DNA of 64,000 nt from a virus. Position 1 is the stretch's first letter. Each line of letters begins with the position of its first letter. The DNA is taken from the UHGV virus genome UHGV-0242533; one strand, written 5' to 3'. A program made the position numbers and the translations under genes. Under the pieces are notes generated by a model, which was not told the origin of the DNA, did not search any database, and was given only the letters and a program-made list of their open reading frames with translations. This document shows positions 57,001 through 64,000 of this stretch, one piece after another.

Positions 57001-58352
57001 TCATTGTAGAAAGTCTTGTAGGCATCAATGAAGTCACGGTCAGCTTGTGTACGATTCTTAATATCGATCGGACTACCAGTAAAATCACCAGAAGCTCGGA
57101 GAGAAGTTAATTCACGATCTAGGTTATCCAGAACATCTGTAAGAGCTTTCGTGTTGTCTTTGGTGTAGTCAGCCATTGCATCCTTCATAGCAACAGCCTG
57201 CTTCTGGTTGTGCTCATTATCAGCGAAGGCTTTACCACGAGTCTTAGCCGGAGAAGCTAAAGGGTTAAGGCCCGGAATGTTGGAATGTTCTTTCTGAACA
57301 GAAGCAGCTTTCTCAGCACGAGCTTGGTCAGTATTAAGAATACGCTGAGCAGCAGGAGAATCTACAGCAACAGCATCTGTGATACGGAATCCGTTCTCGT
57401 CGAGAAGGTTCAGAGCAGAAGCAGCATTAGCAGTTTCAGCTTTAGAGTAAGCCTCTTTCAATTCATCAATATTTTTAGCACTACGAATCAGTTCGTCATC
57501 AGCAGCAATATCAGTCTTCGCATACTCTGGAGTGTTCTTGAAGACAGCAGAATTCGGACGGCTAATCAAACCATGAACACCACCAACTGCACCACCAAAT
57601 GCAGCACCCATAGCCCCTTCTTCGATAACACCTTCCAATGTCTTAGCTAGATCATTGTCATCACCATACTTGTTCTGAACTTCAGCAGCACCAACAAGAG
57701 CACCGCCTTTAGCACCAGCAACTGCGTTACTAGCAACGTTCTGACCAATACGACCAAGAGCTGATTCAGCTGTCCCAACAGCACCCGGAAGGATTCTTTG
57801 AGCTGCATAGTTAGCACCACCAACTAAGGCTGCATCTAGAACAGACTTACCTTCTCCCTCTTCAGGGGTTTGGTCTGCATACGCACGACCGGTCTCACGA
57901 CCTGCGATGATAGCAGCGGCAGCTAATGGGTTAGCAACTGTCAGACCAATGTCGGCAACCACCCCAGCATACTGACCAGCAGATTTACCAATCCCATCCT
58001 CAATCTTATCCATACGTTCTTTCAAGAGATTTTGAGCGTTCTCTTGCATACGCTTCCCGTAACCGGTTTGTGCTCCAGTTAGATCTTCACCAATCTCAAC
58101 TAAGCCTCCAATACCCCTAGCAAGATTAGCAGAGATGTTAGCACTGCCGGACTGAAGAGCATTTGACACACCTTGAGCAAACTCACCTATAGCACCACGT
58201 TCTTCTTGTTGTGGTTGTGCTACTGGCTGTTCCTCAGGAATAGAGCCACCTGCTGCCTTATATTGTTCTCTCATTCGAGCTTGTTGCTCCGGAGAGGCAT
58301 TCAGATACGCAGGAGCTTTGGAAGCTTCTTCCCACGGTTTAATGTTAGCCAT
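54045..58352 (-). CDS. Very large virion internal / tape-measure-like protein (about 1435 aa; start at internal ATG with AAGGAG SD)
   Basis: Gly/Ala-rich N-terminal region then about 1000 aa of charged coiled-coil-like sequence; minus-strand TAATGTATA element at 58391-58399. Confidence 0.6.
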   Translation of the reverse strand: MANIKPWEEASKAPAYLNASPEQQARMREQYKAAGGSIPEEQPVAQPQQEERGAIGEFAQGVSNALQSGSANISANLARGIGGLVEIGEDLTGAQTGYGKRMQENAQNLLKERMDKIEDGIGKSAGQYAGVVADIGLTVANPLAAAAIIAGRETGRAYADQTPEEGEGKSVLDAALVGGANYAAQRILPGAVGTAESALGRIGQNVASNAVAGAKGGALVGAAEVQNKYGDDNDLAKTLEGVIEEGAMGAAFGGAVGGVHGLISRPNSAVFKNTPEYAKTDIAADDELIRSAKNIDELKEAYSKAETANAASALNLLDENGFRITDAVAVDSPAAQRILNTDQARAEKAASVQKEHSNIPGLNPLASPAKTRGKAFADNEHNQKQAVAMKDAMADYTKDNTKALTDVLDNLDRELTSLRASGDFTGSPIDIKNRTQADRDFIDAYKTFYNEANRFKARDGEDFNNFVEKAAELQKMADNVSPEMKKAIGGLKKLKGMPEGFNPIQDAYTLNNTAKFMSNQDRGWTSLTDDGFREASSPSLVMNTLGAAKYALNRFSSQRARSQRVKQQESNSEAIRSLARGDLEVARAKSAADEARAKMEEEPVVDDIKFKTQNDVETEPVREPSSSTVTEENLPSSAPQEAPLTARDLVAQRRAVKQVEQRRAQEEAAQAPESTVEEPTIKAEPLPARAPKAPKEAVQDVKPASGVERLAAMSSAARQATKDRAERFARSLYSKAAKAKATAENFLAYKGDPKELMRRIRQEDNAINTERHEEMARNQLASQQGIATAKNNTVRTNFAEWVKARGLPEDIATKALRAEEKGLGGNVTNLDSLKRRAERLYQKQREDEFDRLYQQALEENKAFDKKDAPKLVDQKKELQSEIDALIDSEPLRPAQKDAMRKLMNDFVDGKFKSSEKAGREEALEVGQMKDIWDGFINTYNREVNAFNRANKNSQYEAFAKHIQAREERLATLKNKAQARSDAKAAVENERKTLEAIAAQKSEIEKMMEGLPKPVREAQESRTLKQLAAHHDKNSPVPPEKFRSYIERIHNAESDYLDRQRRLTDAEEDARQAKWNKMYEQAEEMNRKFDVDKRVKRSEELKAAQERENDLMAVQRQRDDIHRRLMRTMEDKGISREDAEAFAGSYMDNRYALLEKPMTPTEHQNARSRIEADVEKFAKKYESMTPIEKEIVKVTGDTEGRLDNLDADTRKAIEEAQKVDSDIKKLQEEELEMEKIRSALPDDERSQASSDILESIKQQEEVFADKVEKAFLSGKSLDELVSVAEVLDRVHGADKAGNNRRFVRALQTAAENKKKYGDNPVAWFSADDYSAIAKLGASSAGGNKSRALEKIFGSTAEQAKSKLLGRDDVAKMRRVIEENPDIKIPSYKTTNRTEYLQFLEKFNDEGKPKIKRGSLSEKLERSKRQSRLRVRVRPKE

Positions 58353-58390
58353 AACGTCTCCTTTTATAAATAAAAATGTCCTACCCCCTA

Positions 58391-58399
58391 TATACATTA
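58391..58399 (-). promoter_or_regulatory. TAATGTATA promoter-like element (minus strand)
   Basis: Plus strand tatacatta, about 40 nt upstream of the 58352 start. Confidence 0.4.
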
Positions 58400-58419
58400 T
58401 AGAAGGCAGGACTTAGGTC

Positions 58420-60075
58420 TTATTGAGTGAACCAGCTAGTGTCTTCGACAGCCGATAAAGCACCATTAAGCTTAGGATTGGTTGCTGCACCACCAACAGA
58501 TTCTTCTGCTTGTTCAGAGAAAACACCGAGTGGGTCATAGAAACCGCCAGAAGGGATTGCACGGTTGACCAATGCAGTAGCCCTCTTCTTATCCATACCA
58601 GAACCGATGTACGCTTCGATAGTAGCTTTCTTAGCATCAGCAACACCTTTCATTGCAGAGGTGTGACCAACGTTAGCCTGCTTACGAGCATAAGAAAGAG
58701 CAGCATCAGTAGGACGCCATCCTGACTTCAGCGCAAACTTGTTACCAACACGAACAAAGATTGATGGGTCTTCTGCAAAATGTCCCAAGTCTTCTTCAGT
58801 AAGAGAACGAGTAGCACCGATTTCAGCCCTTGCGGAGTTCATGATAGCCTGCATGTAAGCAGAGCGAGCTGTCTGATAGTCTTTCTCTTTAACTGCTTTG
58901 TCAGCCAAATCCAAGTCTTTGTTGGACTGGTTAAACAGACCACCTTTCTCTGCCCACTGCTTAGCAACTGTGCCTTCAGCTGTGTTCTGAGCAAGACGAA
59001 CTTCTTTCGGGTTAAAGTTAAAACTCTGAGCAGCTTGTTCAGCACGTTCAGCCTTAACCTTATCACGATAACTAATCAACTCTTTCTGACGTTCAAAGTT
59101 CATGTCAGCCCTCTTTTCAGCGGCACGACGAGTTTCATCAGCACGCTCACGCATAGTTTGCTCTTGAATCTGTTGACGTCTATCCCATTCAGCATTTTGT
59201 CGTTCTTCACGAGCAGCATACAGCGCTTCTTTCTGAGCAGGGTCTACAGCTCTCATCTTCAGTAGAGATGGGTCTCCGTTAGCAATAGCAGCTGCAATTG
59301 AGTCTTGAGAGAAGCCTTGTTCAATCAAAGCATCACGGTTAGCTTCCAGTTGCTTCTTAGTCTCATCTTGATTAGCCATTCCCTGACCGATCTGGAAAGC
59401 TTCGATAGGAGACTTACCTGACATGATTGAAAGACCTACACCCATCAAACCTGTATAGAAGCTAGAGTTCTGATAGAAAGGCTCTTTCTGTAGTTTATTC
59501 CAAGCTTCTGAAGGGTCTTTAGCTTTCGCAACTTGCAAGATATCGTTGTTAACACGTTCCTGATCTTTAGCACGAGTAGCAGCAGCCATCCCATCACCAG
59601 TGTCTTGTCCTTGAGCAAGAGTGTTAATCACACCCTGTGCCTGTTCCACCTGAGAAGGAGTAAACTCCATAGGACCAGCTTCTAACGGTTTAGTAGGAGG
59701 TGTTACCGGAAGAGGGTCACTAGGCATAAGCCCAGCATCCTGTAAACCTTGATCAGTGGATAGGTTAGGGTTAGACGCTACAGGGGCCGGTGCTCCAATA
59801 TCAATACCCTGAAGACTGGTAGAAGTTCCTTGATTCTGCTGTTCCATAAGACGTTGCTGAAATCCCGGATTAACCATAGCATTCTGATCTTCTTCTGCCT
59901 GAGAGACAAGACCCGCAAGAGATGAAGGTACAGCAGGACGTTGATACATAGAAATATCTGCTGTCTGAGTTGGTCTAGCCATATAAGGAGAGGCCGAAGC
60001 CGCTCCCGGATTAACACCATAGAAAGTATTTCTCGGGTCACGACTTCTGACCTGAGCGTAAGTTGTCTGTTGCAT
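58420..60075 (-). CDS. Virion protein (551 aa), probable internal/ejection protein
   Basis: ORF track; operon position. Confidence 0.5.
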   Translation of the reverse strand: MQQTTYAQVRSRDPRNTFYGVNPGAASASPYMARPTQTADISMYQRPAVPSSLAGLVSQAEEDQNAMVNPGFQQRLMEQQNQGTSTSLQGIDIGAPAPVASNPNLSTDQGLQDAGLMPSDPLPVTPPTKPLEAGPMEFTPSQVEQAQGVINTLAQGQDTGDGMAAATRAKDQERVNNDILQVAKAKDPSEAWNKLQKEPFYQNSSFYTGLMGVGLSIMSGKSPIEAFQIGQGMANQDETKKQLEANRDALIEQGFSQDSIAAAIANGDPSLLKMRAVDPAQKEALYAAREERQNAEWDRRQQIQEQTMRERADETRRAAEKRADMNFERQKELISYRDKVKAERAEQAAQSFNFNPKEVRLAQNTAEGTVAKQWAEKGGLFNQSNKDLDLADKAVKEKDYQTARSAYMQAIMNSARAEIGATRSLTEEDLGHFAEDPSIFVRVGNKFALKSGWRPTDAALSYARKQANVGHTSAMKGVADAKKATIEAYIGSGMDKKRATALVNRAIPSGGFYDPLGVFSEQAEESVGGAATNPKLNGALSAVEDTSWFTQ

Positions 60076-60088
60076 ATTTATCTCCTAA

Positions 60089-61057
60089 TTAAGTACTAGC
60101 CAACCCACCGATTACACCCCCAGCTAATGCACCCCAAGGCCCAAAGGAAGAGCCAGCTGCTGCACCACTCATAGCTCCACCAAGGAAACCACCTTTGCCA
60201 CCAGATGTTTTAGTAGTTGTAGTTTGTCCGAGAGCACCATTAAGTACACCTGCTGCACCGAGTTGGTTATTGATATCTTGCCATCCCCAGTTAGCTGCGT
60301 TCTGAGCATTCTGGTAGGCATTATCATATTCATTCTGTTGTTGCTGTTGTTGCTGCAACCCTGCATTCCATTGATTCATCATTTGTTGTTGAGACAAATT
60401 AGCACCCTGCTGACCTAGGTTAGAAAGGTTAGAACCAATATTGGAAAGACCAGAGAGAGCAGCTGCCTGATTCTGTCTATTACCAGAGAGAATGCTTTCA
60501 GCTTGGCTGATAGCCGAGTTGTAGGCACTGTTGGTAATGTCTGTTGCTTGACCTTGCATCTGATTCAGAGCATCACCTTGGGCAAAAGACTTAGCCATAC
60601 GAGCACCTGAGCCTTGTTGACCAGCAAACTGTTGAGCTAATTGAGGAAGAGCATTACGTGCCAAGTTCTGTTGAACCTGCTCGTTATTAGCTGTAATAGC
60701 TGCTTGCACAGCGTCATCATCATACAGCTGACCAGCGAGAGCACCAATTTGTTCTCCAGTAATCCCACCTTGTCCAGAGAGGCTCTGATAGCCTTTATAG
60801 GCATTATCTAGATAACCCAAGCCTTGACCTGCTGCATCCATATATTGCTGTGAGAGAGTACCTAGGGCGCCAGATTGTGCTAAGTTGCTAAGTGCCTCTG
60901 TCTGGTTGTTATTAAACCCTACATTATCTCGATAAACATAATCCCCTGAACTGGTATTACCAATCTGCTTATTGAGTTGGTCAATATACTGTTGAATGTA
61001 TTCAGGGCGAATCATTTGGGAAGTAGTTTTACTTCCGCCTCCACCAAAAAGTGACAT
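60089..61057 (-). CDS. Gln/Asn/Gly-rich low-complexity virion protein (322 aa), paralog of next gene
   Basis: N-terminus MSLFGGGGSKTT...; poly-Q tracts. Confidence 0.5.
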   Translation of the reverse strand: MSLFGGGGSKTTSQMIRPEYIQQYIDQLNKQIGNTSSGDYVYRDNVGFNNNQTEALSNLAQSGALGTLSQQYMDAAGQGLGYLDNAYKGYQSLSGQGGITGEQIGALAGQLYDDDAVQAAITANNEQVQQNLARNALPQLAQQFAGQQGSGARMAKSFAQGDALNQMQGQATDITNSAYNSAISQAESILSGNRQNQAAALSGLSNIGSNLSNLGQQGANLSQQQMMNQWNAGLQQQQQQQNEYDNAYQNAQNAANWGWQDINNQLGAAGVLNGALGQTTTTKTSGGKGGFLGGAMSGAAAGSSFGPWGALAGGVIGGLAST

Positions 61058-61069
61058 AGATATTCTCCT

Positions 61070-62122
61070 TTAGTTTGCTCCAAATGCCCCTAAGACACCA
61101 CCTAAGATATTACTACCTGCTGTGGATAACCAGTTAGACTGACCTCTCTGTTGAGAAAGATTAGAACCTCCAATCATAGGACCAGCCATGCCAGATTGCC
61201 CACCTGAGTTGTTATAGGAACTCCAAGCATTCTGAGTCTGTTGGTTAGGAGAGAAAGCGCCCATACGACCTGCAATACCTAAACCAGTGATACCAGCACC
61301 TAGGAGCTGTTGTCCTACGTTAACGCCCGGAGCGGCATTCTTAATTGTATATCCAGCCATTGGACTTACACTATTTAATACATTAAGTTGGTTGTTAAGC
61401 TGATTCCATCCATACTGCTGAGAGCCAATAGCGTTCTGCCAATTGATATCAGCTTGTGCTTGAGCCTGTTGCTGTTGTAGATTGCCAGCCATAAGTTGAT
61501 TCTGAATAGCTTGTTGAGTTGCCTGAACACCTTGAGCACCAAGATTGAGATTCTGTCCAGCTAGACCAGACTGAGCACCAAGCAAACCTCTCTGGAAGTT
61601 CTGGTCTTGTTGCAGGGCACTGATTCCCATATTCTTGCCACTGATAGTACGAGCTAAGTTTGTATTAGCACCGTTCAGAGCAGCACCTTGAGCAGCAGCC
61701 CTACGGAGAGAACCTGAGTCAGAACCATTTCCGAGAGATACATTAGAAGCTGCTTTACTAGTTGCTTGAGCAAGAGCAGAATTATTTAACCCTTTACTGA
61801 AGTTATTAACACCCTCGGCTGTCACTCCACCACCATTGACAATATTCTGATACTGCTGGGCAAGGGAATTCAGTTGGTCCAAACCTTGCTGCGTGCGAGG
61901 TGTGTACATGTCAGCCAATTGCTTTTGAGTTGTAGAAGAAGCTAGGTTATTCAGAGCACCCTGTTGGTTACTGTTAAACCCAGCCAGTTGTTGGGAAATA
62001 AATCCCTGATCATTGTTCTGCATCTTCTGAGCATTAGCAACAATCTGCTTCAGCAATGCATCAACCTGAGAGGAAGGAGCCACTGTGGTTTTGCTAGAAG
62101 CTGATTTTCCAAATAAAGACAT
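61070..62122 (-). CDS. Gln/Asn/Gly-rich low-complexity virion protein (350 aa)
   Basis: N-terminus MSLFGKSASSKTT...; same composition. Confidence 0.5.
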   Translation of the reverse strand: MSLFGKSASSKTTVAPSSQVDALLKQIVANAQKMQNNDQGFISQQLAGFNSNQQGALNNLASSTTQKQLADMYTPRTQQGLDQLNSLAQQYQNIVNGGGVTAEGVNNFSKGLNNSALAQATSKAASNVSLGNGSDSGSLRRAAAQGAALNGANTNLARTISGKNMGISALQQDQNFQRGLLGAQSGLAGQNLNLGAQGVQATQQAIQNQLMAGNLQQQQAQAQADINWQNAIGSQQYGWNQLNNQLNVLNSVSPMAGYTIKNAAPGVNVGQQLLGAGITGLGIAGRMGAFSPNQQTQNAWSSYNNSGGQSGMAGPMIGGSNLSQQRGQSNWLSTAGSNILGGVLGAFGAN

Positions 62123-62141
62123 AAGTCCTCCTTAAAGATTA

Positions 62142-62924
62142 TTACTTTACACCAATGCTAGCCAAACGTCTGAGCACTGCTTGTGTTTGTGGACTGTACT
62201 GAGAACCTGCTGCATGTGGTGCACTTGCCCTCTGAACTGTTTGAGAAGTAGGGGGCTTACCAGCAAGCATAGCAGCTACTCCTAATACTGCATTACCAAA
62301 GTTCTGTTGAGGCTTCTGGTCTTCTCCTTCCTGCACTTCATCAGAGTAGAACTCTACCGGATTACCTCCTAAAGCTCCCGTCTTAGAAGCAGTAATCTCC
62401 GCCTGAGTTGAAGCTTGTGCAGCTTTCTCTCTGTCTAGTAAGTCAGGACTAAACTGATTGACTGGTTGGACAGCTTGTAAAGCTCCAATAGGGTTAGCAA
62501 TCTGAGAAGCTGCATCACCATAGAAAGGAAGGAAGTGTTTGTTGTTCATAGAGTCAAGGGCCTGAGGAGTAAACCCCCTTTTACCAGCGAACATCTGCTT
62601 AGCTCCACCAATACCTTCTGAATAACCAACCATTGCTTTCTTAACATCACCATTAAAAGCTTTAAGGTTGTCTCTGATATAGCGAGCACCCATGTCGATA
62701 TTCTTGGCTGGGTCAAGCCTGTCTTCTAGTTTATAACCATAATCTTTAGCTAACCCTTTACTGATCTGCATCAAACCAACAGGACCAGTTCCGGAAGCCA
62801 CCTTAGGACGACCACTAGACTCTCTTTGAATTACAGCATGAATCAAAGCAGCTGGGATTCCATACTTCTTTGAAGCCTGTTGAACCATCGGGTCTAGTTC
62901 TTCTATACCCATTCTAATTGTCAT
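62142..62924 (-). CDS. Lytic transglycosylase (SLT domain) virion protein
   Basis: Motifs AVIQRESSGRP and GLMQI near the N-terminus. Confidence 0.75.
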   Translation of the reverse strand: MTIRMGIEELDPMVQQASKKYGIPAALIHAVIQRESSGRPKVASGTGPVGLMQISKGLAKDYGYKLEDRLDPAKNIDMGARYIRDNLKAFNGDVKKAMVGYSEGIGGAKQMFAGKRGFTPQALDSMNNKHFLPFYGDAASQIANPIGALQAVQPVNQFSPDLLDREKAAQASTQAEITASKTGALGGNPVEFYSDEVQEGEDQKPQQNFGNAVLGVAAMLAGKPPTSQTVQRASAPHAAGSQYSPQTQAVLRRLASIGVK

Positions 62925-62933
62925 AAGTTCTCC

Positions 62934-63968
62934 TTATTGTATGCTTCTAAAAATCTTCCTAGCATCTAGGACTGGAATTTGAAGGGAGATAGCCCCACCA
63001 CCACCCATATCGTAGTTCCTATCCCACTGGAACATATATCGACCATACCCTGTACTAAAAGAAGACCCATTCATTATATGAGACCTTGCGTGTTGGAAAT
63101 ACCAACTACCAGCTTGACCTCTAATTGAACCAGCCCCACTAGTCAGAGGAATCATGGGGTACGTAAGCGTGGTGTTTCCACCGCTCATAGGCATAAATCG
63201 GTCAACCATAAAAGGTGTTCTGTAAGTAGAGAATACACACTGAGACCCGTTAGGTGAGTAAATATTCAATCCACCATTGTGAGTAGGAACTCCAGCTCCA
63301 TTACAAAACACGGCAATCCTTACGTTATTGATTGTTCCTGTCTGGTTATTGTTTCCGTTATCATATGTTCTATTTTGGTAAACACTAATAGTACGACTTC
63401 CTGAGTCATATAGAAGTCCCTGACCTCCAGACCAGTTAGCAAACACAGAAGCTCTTGACATATCAAAACCACTGATTGCTGGAATTTGCATAGAACCATT
63501 AATGTTTCCTTCCCAAGCCCAAATACATTGACCAACAACTCCAGCATCTGATATAGAGAAGTAATCAGCTGTGTTTGAAAAGGTTATCCCGTAGTTCCTA
63601 TTAGCTCTAGGCCATATTTGATATACGTTGAAAGCTACATCAAACAGTGGATTACTTCCGGGATCCATGTTTATACTAACCCTGAAAGTGGTATTGTTCA
63701 CAACACTGATGTTACTTACAACATACACATCAGGGACAAGGTTAGGAGGGACTTCCCATTGCCAACACAAAGACCCGGTTGGGACTATAATGATTTGGCC
63801 TGAGCCATCCCATCCAGAAATAGGGAAATCTCTACTACCTCCATTAAAGTTATAATTGCCACTAACCCTGTTTTTAAATTGAGGGAAAGTAGAATCACTG
63901 TCAATAAAAAGCTCAGCCGGAGAAGCTGGTCCCGGTCCGACTGGCGTTGTCCATATTCCATATGCCAT
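62934..63968 (-). CDS. Hypothetical structural protein (344 aa)
   Basis: ORF track; Gly/Asn/Ser-rich, beta-rich composition. Confidence 0.5.
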   Translation of the reverse strand: MAYGIWTTPVGPGPASPAELFIDSDSTFPQFKNRVSGNYNFNGGSRDFPISGWDGSGQIIIVPTGSLCWQWEVPPNLVPDVYVVSNISVVNNTTFRVSINMDPGSNPLFDVAFNVYQIWPRANRNYGITFSNTADYFSISDAGVVGQCIWAWEGNINGSMQIPAISGFDMSRASVFANWSGGQGLLYDSGSRTISVYQNRTYDNGNNNQTGTINNVRIAVFCNGAGVPTHNGGLNIYSPNGSQCVFSTYRTPFMVDRFMPMSGGNTTLTYPMIPLTSGAGSIRGQAGSWYFQHARSHIMNGSSFSTGYGRYMFQWDRNYDMGGGGAISLQIPVLDARKIFRSIQ

Positions 63969-64000
63969 ATTACCAACTCCCTATTCTAATACGGAGTGTA

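Noticed and set aside
54554-57650. Multiple plus-strand ORFs inside the 1435 aa minus-strand gene (54582.., 54867.., 56037.., 56433.., 56530.., 57285..)
   Set aside because: Low-complexity translations opposite a long coding gene; typical antisense artefacts.

Overview
The window reads as most of a lytic, tailed-phage genome with T7-like replication proteins and a phage-encoded ECF-type sigma factor. The architecture loosely resembles phiEco32-like (Kuravirus) podophages, but that is from memory, not a search. Layout: a minus-strand virion/packaging block at 1-10229 (tail fibre, capsid, scaffold, portal, terminase), a long ORF-poor control region at 10230-11600, a plus-strand early/replication block at 11600-54000, and a second minus-strand virion block at 54045-64000 (large internal protein, Gln/Asn-rich paralogs, lytic transglycosylase). 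No integrase, CRISPR array, tRNA or rRNA was recognised. The strongest candidate for an undescribed system is a contiguous enzyme cluster at 24670-34644: two carboxylate-amine ligase-like proteins, a class-II glutamine amidotransferase fused to zinc ribbons, an ATP-grasp ligase and a gamma-glutamyl-cyclotransferase-like protein, with several large unknown proteins. It sits in a genome that also encodes a dCTP-deaminase-like protein, a variant ThyX and a P-loop kinase, so a DNA-base or protein hypermodification pathway is plausible but unproven. Other notable points are a group-I-like intron with an HNH endonuclease splitting the primase-helicase gene, a -1 frameshift (G GGA AAG) fusing Ig-like domains to the capsid protein, a split family-A DNA polymerase, a CCA-adding-enzyme-like nucleotidyltransferase, a Dps-like protein, a collagen-like protein with a YadA-type anchor, and several recurring non-coding motifs. 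All calls come from reading the sequence and the ORF track; no database search was run.
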